Both the position numbers and the translations under genes were made by a program. A DNA stretch of 63,155 nt, filler included, from Sluysia triapertura (taxonomy: Eukaryota), in NCBI GenBank assembly GCA_046118255.1. It is 5 parts of 5 records of this genome, joined end to end, with 100 filler letters (N's around TTAATTAATTAA, not from the genome) between each part and the next. Parts side by side here need not be neighbours in the genome. Positions count along the whole stretch, not along the records: positions 1 to 13,156 come from JBJNIA010055662.1; positions 13,257 to 24,997 come from JBJNIA010174807.1; 3 more parts are not named here. The stretch is one strand, 5' to 3'. Below the pieces are notes generated by a model, which made no database searches, had not been told where the DNA came from, and saw only the letters and a program-made list of their open reading frames with translations. Of the stretch, positions 1 to 14,269 are shown in pieces; positions within the stretch are counted from its first letter, which is position 1, and each line of letters starts with the position of its first letter.

Positions 1-2950
1 CTTTGCTTGGATAAGATCAATAGAAATTTACTTTTATTCTTTGTCAGTCTCAATAGATATGCTCTTGAAATTTAAAACAATATATATATATATATAATAG
101 TTTCAGAACACTAAACTCCAGGATTTTAAAAAATTTACAAAGTAAATTAAGACGTGTTAATTTTTTAATAATCTAACATTTATTCCTTAAAGCTTCAATT
201 ATTGCATTAATCCAATTCAAATAGAATATAATTTAAACTTTTATAAGCAGTTTTATACAAATATATAAGGATTATTACTTTTGCAAAAAATAAAACATCT
301 TTCTTGTATAAATAAGTATAATTTTAATTTGCATAAGATAAATTGGATTAATTAAAATTCTAATAATTTCCTAATAAAACGACTACTACCTTTGCTCTAA
401 ATGAGTCATTAGGGGATTTAAAATGCCCCAATTAAATGAACCTTTTAGGAATTGTTGTAGAAAAAGCATTAAAAATAAACATTAATTATACACTGATACA
501 ATTTCATAAATCACAAAAAATATTTATTTTATTTAGTAGCACAAATTTTTTTGAATTTACAACAATATTTTCATCACAATTAATATTTTTACATCCATTA
601 CAAATAAATTTTACCACAACCATTTGTAAGGTTCGCAAATGTTGTAGCAACACTGTAAAATGAATCTTGAATTATATGATTGTAAACTAAGAAGTTAAAC
701 AAAATATCAAAAATAGTTGTTTTATATTAGAAATTATAAATGCACGCTTAAATGACTCAATTATTATAGAACAGAGGTAGTGATTAACACTGTTTAATGA
801 CAATATTTGAAAATCAAGTGAAACGTTTTTAAGCAATAAAATAACAAAAATTAAAAATATATTTAATTTTGTAATATATATATTTAAAAATATATTTATT
901 ATTTCAATAAATATTTAAAGAAGTATAGTGGTTTTAAAACTGAAAATAATTATTGCAATTGCAATAAATGTTTTAGAACCCTTTTACGATATTTAACTGT
1001 TTTTCTTTAAAAATACCTAAACTGATTAATATTATTGTTGTTGAAATTATCATAAATAATTTCAATTCAGAATTTTCGTCATTGCAAATAAATTAATTAA
1101 ATACGTTAAAACATATTATGACCAATAAAAGTAAATATACTTAAATATAGATCAGTAATAGTAAACCATTAACAAAACAAAAACGTAAGATGTTTCTTTG
1201 AAATGCTAAAAAAATAAAGGAATTGTCTTATCAATAACAATCAATAAATTTTATAACTATATTAGTCCATTGAGAATTTGAAGAGCAATGAAAAATTCCA
1301 GAGTTAAATTAAAAACAATACAAATACACACAAACTTCATATTATGGTTTTGTTTCTAAAAATAGTAACCTAAACAGTCAAACGTTGATCTGGTTGTATT
1401 TATCTAGTGAGTCCAAGATTATGATTATGTATTAATAAGACTTGTTTCTAGATATCTTTTTTTTACTTCAAAATTCTAGTAAAAAAATAATTAAAAAAGA
1501 AGACTCTGTCGTCGTTTGAAGTTCAATTTAACATCATAAAGTGAGGTTTAATTTAACTAACTGTACTGGTAAAATGTTGAATTATGTTTTGACTAGATAA
1601 ATCATTCAGTCATCTTTAAAACCAATTAATGTTAACATATATTAAAAAAGATTATTTACATAATTAAAATATTAATAAATTACGTATTACGAATATTTCT
1701 TAGCTTAACATTTATTGTTAACGAAAGATATCTTGATTTTCTCGTTTTCAAGATGAGTGGTAGAAGAAAATTATGATTATAAATGATAAAGTAAAAAGTA
1801 TTCAATTAATTAACTAGTAGTCATACATAAAGTAAAGATGTAAAGGAAATGTTAGCATAATTTCAATATTAATCAATAAGGAACAAGGAAAATAATTTAA
1901 GTATTGCAAATTTGCTCCCTTTAGCTTTGTTTACTATGATTTGTATCAAACACATCATGTTTGAAAATTAGAAATACTAAAACTTCAAAGTTTATCAACA
2001 AATATTAGAAATGTTATTCAACATTAGATCATCGAAATAATTCGATTAGAGAAGCCCATTTAATTTTGCAAAATTTTTTAAAAACAATATGACAAGATAT
2101 GAGTGTATTTGTCTAGTCAAATATGTTAACAGAATTATGTATTAATTCAATTTTCAATGACTCTAATTCTTCAACAAGACTTTGAAAAAAAATTAGTGAT
2201 TTTAAAAAATTCTAGTTTAAAAATACGTTTTTGACAGTGATTTTCAACTTAGTAAAATTGACAATGTCATTTATATATATAAATCAAAATATACAATGAA
2301 AAGTTTTCATAAATAAAACCAGATAAATTTAGAGATAATTAATATAATTTATCAATTTATTAATACATTAATATTAAAATAATAAATTTATAAATATAAT
2401 TTATAATTTCAAAAAAATGTGAAAATATATAATTACATTTTTTAATTAATTTTAGAAGCCTAAATTTTTTTAACCTAATTACATGTAATAACTTATTAAT
2501 TGATGTAGAAAATATAATTTTACTAGTTAGTGTGTAGATAAATTATTTTAAAAATTAATAATTTCATATTATACTTTTAACAAATGAAAGTTTATAACTA
2601 CTTCTGTAACGTTTGGTTGTAGATTTCTTAAAAATAAATGTGACAATTTGAAATTTTTAAATAAAATCCTTTTTCATTAAAATAAAAATTTAAGTATTGT
2701 ATGATGTTGAGTTTACTAAACTTTTAAACCAAATGAAAATTTTTTCTTTAATTTAATACGAAAAACAGTTTTCTATGACAATAATTCTACATAATGAAAT
2801 TATAAATGGAATAATTTGTTGTCATTGAAGTTATTAATAATTAAAAATCTATTTACATAAATAATTTTACTTTACGATAAAAAAATTCATTATGAATTTA
2901 ATAAAATTTTATGACGCTTATTTGTGTGTGCAAAACATTAAAATTACTAA

Positions 2951-5167
2951 TTAAACATCCGTTTCCACTGCATCGGTAGCAGTAGTGAAATGGGCAGTTG
3001 TGTGCTTGTGATAAAATTTGGTCGATTTTGGTAAAAAATTTGCATCAGTACTAGTAGATATATCAGTTACTATTGGAGTATATATATTATAAGTATAGGA
3101 TGGTTGTTGAGTACATCTATTATACGTAATTATATTTGAATTCCGAATTGATGATGAATGAACGAAATAATGATTTGGTATTCGTTCCGATAATGATTTT
3201 TGATGTCTTAACAATTCCGATGAATCATCATTATTATTATTATTATTATTATCAGTATTATTATCAGTATTTTTATTATTATCATCAAATAGATCATTGG
3301 AAAGATTCGGTGATGCTAAATACTGTAAATTATCTGTATAATTTGATTTATTTATTGAGGTAGATGACTGAAAAATTGGACTTAGGTTAAAGTCTGAGCT
3401 GTCACCTTTGTCGAGTAAATCTGTTTCATGATATAACACTCCAACTAATGATGATGATGATTGATACTGTCTTTCGTCATATTCTGATGAATTACATGAT
3501 CTCCTTCTTACTGAATTATTGTTTTTTTGACGTTTATTTGAATCAGTATTACCTTGTACAAAGTTGTCGTCATCAAATGTATTTGAATCGCCTTCTTTTT
3601 CTTTTAATAATAGAGAAAATGGTTTATCATTTCTGAAATTATTGTCACTGCTTAATGAAGATGTTGAAGAGATAGCACCAATATGAACATAAGTTTGTTT
3701 ATCTTCACTTTCAGTTTCACGATGATAAAAATAATTAAAATTCGACACAATCACTGGTACTGGTAAAGCAATTGTTAATACACCGGCAATTGCACATAAA
3801 CTGCCAACCAATTTACCCCATACTGTTACCGGTAACATGTCACCATAACCAACAGTTGTCATGGTTACAACAGCCCACCAAAATGCATCTGGTATACTCT
3901 CAAAATATGTTTTATCAGCATCGGCTTCTGCAAAATAAACTGCACTACTAAACAAAATCACACTAATTAATAAAAAGAAAACTAGTAATCCCAATTCGCG
4001 AACACTAGCTTTGAGCGTTTGTCCTAATATTTGTAGGCCTTTGGAATGACGTGAAAGTTTAAATATTCGAAATACACGAACTAAACGTATTACTCGAAGT
4101 ATAGCAAGAGACATAGCTTGATTTTGACCTTTATTATCTTCGGCAATTACAGTACTAAGAGTAATAAAATAAGGAATAATGGCTACAATATCTATCAAAT
4201 TCATAATAGTTTTGAAAAATACTAATTTTTCTGGAGAGGATGCGAAACGGACTAGTAGTTCAAATGTAAACCAAATTATACATATAGTTTCGATTATAAA
4301 AAATGGTTCATCAAATTGTGGTATATCATCTTCTTCGATTTGAAATGATGAATGATTTGAATCAGGTGAAGTGGTATTAACAACACGATAATGTTTAAAA
4401 TGTGGCAAAGTTTCAATACAAAACACAACAATAGACAAAATAATAACGAATACTGAACAAACAGCTACACACCGTGCAGCCATAGAACTTTCCGGATATT
4501 CAAATAATAACCAAACTTTTCTTTGGAAAGGATTTTCTGGTAAAACTTTAACTTCTTCTTTAATAAATCCTTCATCTTCTCGATATTTTTCAATAGCTTC
4601 TTCACCTAATTCATAAAATTTAATTTCTTCACAAAAAACATCAATTGGCACATTAACAGGGCGCCTTAAGCGACCACCACTTTGATAATAATATAAAATT
4701 GCATCAAAACTAGGACGATTGCGATCGAAAAAGTATTCATTACGCAATGCATCATAATAATTGTTAAGTTTTTGAGAATTGCCCAATAATGTATTTGGAA
4801 ATTGAGCTAATGTTTTAAGTTGAGTTTCAAATTTTAAACCACTCACATTAATTGTTATTCGTTCTAATTCAACATCAATAACGTCAGCAACTTTTTCAAA
4901 CGGAGTATTATCATCTTCATTTGTATATCGCGAGGATTGTTGATTAAAATTTTGTTGTTGAGACTGCTGATGTGGTGGTCTAAATGGATAATTTAATTTT
5001 TTAAATTTATTATTAGTAGCAGGGCCACATTTAATATGTTTTTGGGGAACATAATTGTCACCATAATTATTATGTTTTGAATTATCAATAAATTTCAAAT
5101 CATTGGCACCTGAAACTGGAGTAGGTAAACAATTACGTTCGACAGATGCAGCTAATGCAAAATCCAT
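2951..5167 (-). CDS. Sh: Shaker-type (Kv1) voltage-gated potassium channel alpha subunit, intronless, 738 aa from first ATG
   Basis: T1 domain ([19 protein letters not shown]...[27 protein letters not shown]), S4 [25 protein letters not shown], filter [10 protein letters not shown]6 [17 protein letters not shown] and C-terminal PDZ ligand ETDV. The ORF track starts at TTG 5182; the first in-frame ATG is at 5167 (MDFALAAS). Confidence 0.97.
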   Translation of the reverse strand: MDFALAASVERNCLPTPVSGANDLKFIDNSKHNNYGDNYVPQKHIKCGPATNNKFKKLNYPFRPPHQQSQQQNFNQQSSRYTNEDDNTPFEKVADVIDVELERITINVSGLKFETQLKTLAQFPNTLLGNSQKLNNYYDALRNEYFFDRNRPSFDAILYYYQSGGRLRRPVNVPIDVFCEEIKFYELGEEAIEKYREDEGFIKEEVKVLPENPFQRKVWLLFEYPESSMAARCVAVCSVFVIILSIVVFCIETLPHFKHYRVVNTTSPDSNHSSFQIEEDDIPQFDEPFFIIETICIIWFTFELLVRFASSPEKLVFFKTIMNLIDIVAIIPYFITLSTVIAEDNKGQNQAMSLAILRVIRLVRVFRIFKLSRHSKGLQILGQTLKASVRELGLLVFFLLISVILFSSAVYFAEADADKTYFESIPDAFWWAVVTMTTVGYGDMLPVTVWGKLVGSLCAIAGVLTIALPVPVIVSNFNYFYHRETESEDKQTYVHIGAISSTSSLSSDNNFRNDKPFSLLLKEKEGDSNTFDDDNFVQGNTDSNKRQKNNNSVRRRSCNSSEYDERQYQSSSSLVGVLYHETDLLDKGDSSDFNLSPIFQSSTSINKSNYTDNLQYLASPNLSNDLFDDNNKNTDNNTDNNNNNNNDDSSELLRHQKSLSERIPNHYFVHSSSIRNSNIITYNRCTQQPSYTYNIYTPIVTDISTSTDANFLPKSTKFYHKHTTAHFTTATDAVETDV

Positions 5168-6070
5168 TATTAAAAAAATCAATAATAAAATTATAATTGC
5201 ATAGTTAAAATGTTACAAAGAACTATACAATCACAGTGTAGTTTAAAACTCATTATAAAAATAAAATAATTATGAAAATTCTTATTAATAGAAGCTAACT
5301 ACGCTTTGTGATAATTTTACAACTTTCATAGTTATTTGAGTGATTCATTTGATTTATGTTTCAATAATTAAAAAATATATTTTCATAATATCCACTGAAT
5401 AAACATAAATTCTTTGTTATAAATTCTCAGTTGCACGATCAATTAGCAAAAATACAATACTAAAAATCCAGGGATGACACAGCACGCAAAATATTAATGC
5501 TCGTATTTAACATAACAAATAGAAAAAGAACGTAGGTTAACAGTAAAAAAACTATAGAATTTAACCAATTACTGAAGATGAAGCTTTAATCACAAAGTTT
5601 ACCACAAAATTGTTGAAATAGCTTTCCTACAGGAATTAAGGTTTTTACTTTACTTGTTTTTCGCTTATATAGTAGCTAGATAAATAAAAGTTGGAGATTA
5701 AAAATTGAAGAGTAGAATAATTACTTTATGTAATTTTAATAATTAAATTTCGACGATAATTTCCGTCGACTTCCAATTTATCATCTCCCAGCAATTACTC
5801 AAAAATAATAGGATTTATGACGAACAATCCTTTTATTTTATTAGCATAAAATCAAAATTTAACATGATTATTGTTTAAATAATATATCAACTAAATTAAA
5901 CAAAATAAATTAAATTCTTTTTCCACAAGAATGTTTAATACAATACGTTGTGCATTGGTAGTGCGTTACACATCGATTTTAATAACCTGTCCGAATTGGT
6001 ATATATATTTAGATTTACATTATAGGAAATTAATTAAAATAAATAATTTTACGGTATCTGCATTGACGGG

Positions 6071-7410
6071 TTTTATTGAATATCTGATCTACAATTCAGA
6101 ACAAAAACAACTTAATATGAAAGTTTATTATAATAATTTTATGAAATCCACTAATTCAACATTATAATTTAGTTCATGTGTTACTTTCTCATGTACAAAC
6201 ATCTTTTATAAAATCATTAAATCAAAACAAATTTTAATTAAATTAATTAATAAGCATATTTTTATATTTACAAACATATCTAATTTAACCGATATTATTT
6301 TGTCATTTTTTTAATACTTATATTCTTATACTACAAGCTTTATGACTCAAGTCTTACATTTGACTAAACCCAACATTACCATTATTCGAAGAAATTTATT
6401 CGGCAAATTATAAAAATTAAAAATAACTTTTAAGTCGAGTTTAAATAAAAAATAATTATCATAATTCGTCTCTGAAAGTGCAATAAATTTCAAATAATAA
6501 TGTCAATCAAAAGTGAACATTCAAATTAGAAGGTATACAAATTAGAACACAACACAATTTCTAAATATGAATATAATTTTTAATATCTATGGGATCACTG
6601 GTAATTAAGTTCGTCATCTTATTTTTTACGAAATTGTACAATTATTTAATGCTTATTTTAATTATTAATGATTTAACCCTAGAATGTCATTTATACATTA
6701 ACCGCATTTTATTAATTTCAGGGAGATTACCTAATTGTCCAAAATTGATTTACCATTAGAAACTTGTTATGGATGATAATCTTTACTCTTCATTTTCTCT
6801 TAGTATAACTATTTGAATGTTTGTTTGATACTTCACTTTTCTGTATGTTAAAAGCATTTGTAGGGAATTTTTTTTAATGGACTACTACTTTTCTGTAGTT
6901 TCCTCCTACAGTTAGCTTTAATGTATGGTCAATTTTATATATATCTTTGTGATTTATGATCAATGTCTAATACATAATAGTTAATTGAATTCTATATAAT
7001 TTTGACTAATTTATCCGCCTTGTGATAATATTCATTTGTACGTTTGTATTATTGCACATAAAATGTTTAGATAAAAAAGATCTGACAATTACAATTACAA
7101 AATAGTGTTTCATGATTCACCATTATTTTTCTCTATCCTGTTTAATCTTGTTTTACTTAAATTACTTATATTAAAGTAACAATCGTTAGTATAAATTCGC
7201 ATAAATTCACATGAATTTATCTTCCGTTTTTAGAATTTAATTAATTTTCAATTACTCAGGGCTATCCTAATTTATGCCATAATTGAGAGTGCAAACAACT
7301 AAATTTTCTACAATGCTATCAATCTTTTATTAAATATCTTTGATCTTTTTTCAATTCATAACATAAACAAGTTAATATGAAAGTTTATTATCGAAATTTT
7401 ATGAAATCCA
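6071..7410. repeat. Pair of ~80 bp imperfect direct repeats (6071-6150 and 7325-7410)
   Basis: AACAAcTTAATATGAAAGTTTATTATaatAATTTTATGAAATCCA vs AACAAgTTAATATGAAAGTTTATTATcgaAATTTTATGAAATCCA, with weaker similarity upstream. Confidence 0.8.
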
Positions 7411-10400
7411 ATAATAATAGAAAGATTTTATAATTAAAACCTTTTTTGGGCATTTAATTTTAATATATGTATTATATTTAAGAAGGATTTTAACCTTCAG
7501 TAAATCGGGGATTAAAAAGAATGTTACAAATTTTAAGTTACCTGTATTTTAGGATTAACATTCAATTTTAACAATTATTTATAAATATTTTTTCCAAAAA
7601 ATATAATAGTGGCAAATAAATTATTTTCCGTGAATTATTAAATACTATTAAATTGCTAAAATTTCGAATAATAAATTGTGAAATCAAAAATTTGTGTTAT
7701 TAGTATGTAATTGTAAATATTTCTAAAGTCAGTATATATACTAGTCACCAACTAATCAAAATCAATGGGAATTCTCGAAAATGACAGAATTTTCGATTTA
7801 TTTTTTAAAACATATTATTTTCTTTTTAGAAATTGAGCTTCTTTTATTTTTTTATAGAATATCATTTTCGTTTTTAGAAAATAGCTTTCTTTCGTGAAAT
7901 TATCATTATTTTAGTGGTTGTGATGACATCCTAACAGTAAAATCATATCATATGTTAGCTTGATTACTCATATCATTTTAAAGGAAGAAGTGTTTATGAA
8001 AAAGTCAAAAATAATATAAAATTAATTAATCACATCAATCATTATTAGAAAATTAAGAACTTCGCATGGCTTGTTAGATTTGATTATGTTGGTTAGGCAA
8101 GGCCAATGTAAACTTGGGCAGGTAATTGATGTATACTCATTTTAGAAGAAAATAATTCGTAAAGTCAATTTATTTTATTTAACGAAATTGAGCGGAAAGT
8201 TTCACGTTAAATTCGATTTATAAAGGAAATACGGTTAGTTATTTCTGTTTAAACTTGGTTATATTTATTTTAATTTTTAGAGACACTAAAGTTTTGGTTG
8301 CAATTTTTGTACATTAGTACTCTATAAAGTTAATTGGCAATTAGCCTTTATTTGATTTATAATTTCAACCTTTATTTTTGTTGATGTTCTATCTATACTC
8401 AAGCAAAATAAATCAATTAATGACTTCAGCTTAAAACGTAAAGTAAGTGTGTATGTGGCTACACAAATAAAAACTCATTTGACAATAAAAACAAAAGATT
8501 TTAATTTTAATTTAAATATAATTTTAGATTATAAATATTACTCTCATTAAATCGGGTTTCGAAAATATAGATGAAAGTAGATTTTAATGTTTCTTTATGA
8601 AATCACAACTTAACAAAATAAACTTACCAAAGTAAAATAAAAGTGGATAATCGTTAAAATTATTCCAAATCCAAAATTTTAATCCACAACTATCGTCGCG
8701 CAAAATCTTTATTAAAATTTTTGTATAAAATTTATTATATCAAAATTATCTTGTGATTGTTATCTTCTGAAAAGTGTTATTATTACAATTTATTATTAAT
8801 TATTTTGATTTTTTTATTTTACATTATTATTACCAATTAGAATGAATCGTGATGGTAATCGCATTCATTAATAGACACTAAAAACTGCTAAATACTCATT
8901 TTCAAAATTTTTCTATGTAAGTGGCACACAAACCTCCAAATTCTTCATGAATAAACTTGTATTATTATGTACATATGTAATTTCATGTGTAATTTATGTA
9001 AAATTTTATGTAATTTATTGATGCATTTCAATATCTTAGCGTAATTTAGTAGTATTTTAATATTTTAATTTCTAGAGTAGTTGTTAAAGGAATTATTATT
9101 ATTATTATTATTGTATTAATTAATTGTTAAATTTATTATTAAGTTATTAAATGTACTTATTCCTAAAAGTATTATTATTATTGTAATTATTATTATTATT
9201 ATCTGATGCACAAAATATTATTACTATTCATTACAAAAGCTAAAGTCCAACAATTCATACGTAGTACTTAGTAAAGGTCAAATGACCTTAAAATTTGAAA
9301 GAATATAAATAACTGAAGCTGTTCAGTTATTAAACTCAAGTAAATCATCACAAGCATATAAGTGATAAATCAGTCATAATTATTTACAATTTTGAATAAT
9401 TCGAAGTGAAGAAAGATATCACATTTATTATATAAAGATTGACAATTTTTGAATAATTTTAATCATCAATTTGATATACGAATTTATAAACATAACGATT
9501 TGTTGTGAATCTTTTTGAAGAGATCGTTTTTGAACAACTGTGAAAATTATAAAGCCACAAATACAATGATTTGCCAAACGATTCGATTTTGAAAAGTTTT
9601 TAGAAAATCTTTAAAGGAACACATAATCAACCGTTAGTTTATAAAATTGAATAAGTCAAAATTTAAAGAAAATAAAATAAACTTAAAAACTTTAAATAAC
9701 AGTAAAATTTCGTTACTGAATTAAAGTTTTTTAAATAACAATAAATTACATATATTAATTTGTTAAAAAACAAATCAATATTCAAAATTTTTATTCTCGT
9801 TAGCGATTATTGCCTATGTTTCATTGATTTAATAACTTTCTTGTTATTTATACTATTTTAACTTATCGTCGAAATTTTATACAGCATTGTAACATTTTAT
9901 ATTCATATTGTGTCCTATTAATATTGATAAAATTTTTGGTTGTTTGTTATCTGTAAATTGTTGTTAAAGAATTTGTTTCTCTTAATAATAAATAAACAGC
10001 CTAATAAAGAACATACAAACAAGCTTAATATATATTTAATCAATATCCCATTTTGGAAGATAACTGTTGAATACTATCACATCAATTAATTCTTTGGTAG
10101 GCGCGCCCAATCTAATTTATATAGTTTATTTATAATTTATATAATTTATTTATATAAAAATAAAATCTGAAAATTATAAATATAAGTAGTTAAAATAATA
10201 ATCCTCAATTTTATTTAATAGATCTTTTTAAGATCCTATATAAACTAATGGAAATTTAATCTCGCTAATATTAGCGGACATATAATTGCAAACATTATCT
10301 TTTGACCTCCATTATTTCTATCTTCTTCAACGCTGACATCTATGCATCGGCCCTTATATGTGTAAGCACTGTGTCTTTATCAAATTATTACAATTACATT

Positions 10401-12519
10401 GTATTACATTACACTACATCATAAAAATAATCTTTCATAACGATCGCTTCGGTTAAGTTTTTATTTTTTTATTTTACTTATTAAAATTGACGACGATGAT
10501 GATGATGATCTTTTTGGTTTTTTATTTTGCGTAGTTTAATGGAGACTCAGTTTATTTTAGCGCTTGAAAAACAACTACGAGAGCAAATATGACAGTATAT
10601 ATATAATATGTATTATTGGTGTATTATATAATATATGTATGAATTGAAGAATTGAGGAGATTGTATATAATGTAATTATATATAAATTTATGTCTAGTAA
10701 TGTATGAAGAATTTTTGGCAGTCCTGACTACTACATGTTTTGTTTCTTGTTACTTTTTTTTGTTTTGTGACTTGTATGAGTTAAATTTGTTTTATATTTT
10801 TAAATAAACAATTTAATTATTTTTCTTATTGACTAAAATTTACAATTAAATTAAATTCCAAATGATTTCTATTTACTTAAAATAAAACAATTATTTTATT
10901 TTTGCCAATTAATTCAATTAAAATTTAAATAAAATAAACTTCCCATTAATTGTAAATAATCAATTAATTGCTTTCTGATTAAAATAATAATTATTATTGT
11001 TGTTAGGTTTTAAAACCCTTTAAAATTTTAAAAAATAGAAAAAGTTAATTTTCGAAAAGAAAATAACATTCAAAAAATTTTTTTAGAATATTCTAGAAGT
11101 TCCATTGATTCTAACTAACTGATAGAAATAGTTGCATTATAATCATAAAAAATAATAATAATTTAGTAAATCAACACAATTGTGAATGACGTAATTTTGA
11201 GTTTACAACTAAGCGATACAATTTAATTCTACAAACAATTAACATTTTTTGGTCACGAATTTACGATTTTGGAAAATGTTTTTGTTTTAGCTTTGAATGA
11301 AATTAGTAAGTTTGACTTTTGTTAAGGTGATTTTACTGGTAAGAGCAAAATCTTAAAATTTGACAAAATATTTTTAAACACATTTTTATTTTTTAAAATC
11401 GTTTATCATAAAGAATTAAAGGCCCAAAAATTATAAATTACTATTTTATACTTTTGATTTCTGATTATTCATGTTATTAATTTTCTTTGTGGAGTATTAA
11501 TTTTATTTTATAATAAACATTAACGTTGTTATAGTTCAAATTTGTTAATAAAAGATTAGTATCTTCTATTAACGCATGAAAACGAGAGTAATTAGGTAAA
11601 CACAAGGAAATTGAAGTAATTAAAAACAGACGCCAAAAAGTGAGAGAATTATTTTCTATATTAATAGAAGGCTAAATTATTAGTTAAAAAGTTGCACTTT
11701 ACGTCAGAAGTCGTATACTGTAGCCTGACCCTGCTAAAAATTTATTTTGCCTTAGGTTAAAATAAACTACAGCATTATTATTATCAGCAATATAATACTT
11801 TCAACATCACATAAGCAGTTGCTCTCATCGCACATAAGTACATAGAGTGATCTCCATAAGTTCTTATAGTTTAGTTTGTATTTCATTAAAATCATATGGA
11901 TGACCTTAATTGCGTAAGACTTGTCTCACAAGCGAACTCACTGATATAACATTTATTTTATGATTGTATCTTAACGCATATTTAACAAACTGCATCATAA
12001 GCAATTTAAAATATAATAATTTCTAAATCAAAAAAAGAGAAGAATAATTAGAATAATAATCATAATAGCATAATAATAACAATAATTTTGAAATGAAAAT
12101 ACAAATTGTTTCTTTTCTATAAGCAGTATATATAGTTTACAAAATCCATAATTTTTTTTCAGACAATTTCTTAGGCGTCAATTTTTAACAATACAAATTT
12201 TATTCTGTTGATTAGTAAATTTATGATTTATAGATTTTTGAGTTTCTTAAAGTAACAGTAAATTTCCTACTTAAAATCTCATTTAATATTTTGTTAATCT
12301 CAATTTAATGAAGGTAGATTTAAAATATTAAAATTAAAGTCAATATACTTTACAGGAGTAGCAATCCTGTATGTACAACCCTTTATTAACCATTATGAAG
12401 TCCTATATTAACTTTATAGAAAATTTTTTAGAACCCATATGTCAAGAAAGGTTCGAAAGTTTATTACATAAAAGACTTATAACATTATTTCTATGTTTAC
12501 AACAAAATTCAAGAGATAC

Positions 12520-12700
12520 CTTCATCTCTCCGGGTCAAGAAATGAACAATTAATCAATTAATATTGTAAGATGTAATAATGCCATAACTCAACAGGAAAT
12601 TTGTTTCAAACTTCAAGAGGTACAGCATACTACAATTTCAAGGTCTGCAGCTTCAAAGCTATTTAGTGTCCAAAGAACGAAATACTATCGAGCAAATTTA
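12520..12700 (+). mobile_element. Decayed Tc1/IS630-superfamily transposase fragment (second HTH region)
   Basis: Frameshifted translation ISPGQEMN/INIVRCNNAITQQEICFKLQEVQHTTISRSAASKL/PKERNTIEQI fits the LSxEQE...ITxxEI...ISxSxxSxxL...PxERN pattern. Confidence 0.5.
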
Positions 12701-13087
12701 TGTACCTACATTGTATAATTTTTAGTTATAAATATTAATGCAGGACTGCTCATGTTAATCATATTAAGTGAAGTGATTGTCTTATACTTTTACGTTTTAA
12801 ATAAATTCTTATTTGATTATAATATAAACTGTATTCACATTGATTCGTTTTCGAATTAAAATATTAATTTGTTTTATTGAGGATTTCAGTTATAGTAAAA
12901 TAAGAATATGTTTAAGATTTAAATAAATAAATATCAACTCATTTAGAATAAAAAAAATACAATACATAGTTGATATTTCGAAATAACTCAAGTACAATAC
13001 AAATTTTTCATCGGCCTTTACAGTCAACAACTACAAATACGCCTATTTTACGTTTTAAACCGTAGATCGTAGCCGAATCTATTAATT

Positions 13088-13156
13088 CAGGGGTCTTCAA
13101 CCTGGGTTCCGCGGAACCCTAGGGTTCCCTGGAACGTTGACAGGGGTTCCGCAACT
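13088..13156 (+). mobile_element. hAT (Charlie/Buster-like) transposon terminus truncated by contig end
   Basis: Begins CAGGGGTCTTCAAC, followed by GC-rich GGGTTCC/GGAACCC subterminal palindromes, in otherwise very AT-rich DNA. Confidence 0.75.
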
Positions 13157-13256
13157 NNNNNNNNNNNNNNNNNNNNNNNNNNNNNNNNNNNNNNNNNNNN
13201 TTAATTAATTAANNNNNNNNNNNNNNNNNNNNNNNNNNNNNNNNNNNNNNNNNNNN
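13157..13256. other. Artificial contig-joining spacer
   Basis: 44 N + TTAATTAATTAA (stops in all six frames) + 44 N = 100 nt. Confidence 0.97.
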
Positions 13257-13268
13257 TTGGTATTATGA

Positions 13269-13323
<55 letters not shown>
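13269..13323. repeat. (AAT)n microsatellite
   Basis: Perfect AAT run. Confidence 0.95.
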
Positions 13324-14269
13324 GTTTTATATTATTTATTAATTAATATAATTAATTTAAATCAATTATCTTTCCTATAAATACGTTAAACAAATATGTC
13401 GTGTTAATGATTTATTTTCATTGTCAAGAGGTTTCTGCATCTGTTTTGTAAATTATAATATTTACAAGATGGAAGTGAATAACTGATATTTCAAAAAATG
13501 ACAAAATAATAAAGACACCAAGTTGTATTTTACATAATAATGTAAACACTAAATAACACTTATAAAAGTGATGCAAATATAAAGTTTATTTCAAATTATC
13601 TTTCGCATTTATTCTGTGCGAAGATTATATTTGATAAAAATTTTAATTAAGCGAATATTTATTTAAATTATTTGTGACTTAATTATTAAACAGTGGAATT
13701 GTAACTAGGTAAATTTTAAATGCTTAGTTATTTGTATGCCAACTGAATTATCTTCACCAAATTTATTTCAAATGTACTAATGAATTGTCTTTCTAAACAT
13801 TTCGCTTATATACTTCGTTAATCTATTTATTACGTCTTTTAAATAATTTAAAATATTTCTTTAATAACTTTAATAATTGAAAAAAAATCAAAATAAGATT
13901 TAACTTCAGTTACATTTTCTGTATCATAATCAATGTAATTTATTAATTAACAAAATAAAAGTTAAATATCCCAAATAACCGTTAAAGAACAATCAAGTTT
14001 AGAGATCATTATTAACGTAAAATTACACAAATAAATAATCAAAGATCCAATAAACCAAAACTATAATTGTTGTGGTATGTTAATGATGTTTAATGTTTTT
14101 AGATTATAGTTGTTTTTAAAAATTTAATTTAATTTATTTTTAACTTTATAAATTATAAGATTAGCTTTTATTAAAATTCTTCGTTCAAAATTTTTAAATT
14201 TAAATTACTTATTATATTTTCTGTAGGAAAAGATAGAAAATAACAACATAAAACTTTATTTATGAAAAA

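Noticed and set aside
3136-3636. Plus-strand ORFs 3136-3363 and 3448-3636
   Set aside because: Antisense shadows of the low-complexity Kv1 tail.
6673-6688. TTAACCCTAGAATG piggyBac-like end as a full element
   Set aside because: No matching second TIR or recognisable transposase found.
13201-13212. TTAATTAATTAA recurring four times at ~12-13 kb spacing as a biological motif
   Set aside because: Always centred in identical 44-N flanks; synthetic spacer.
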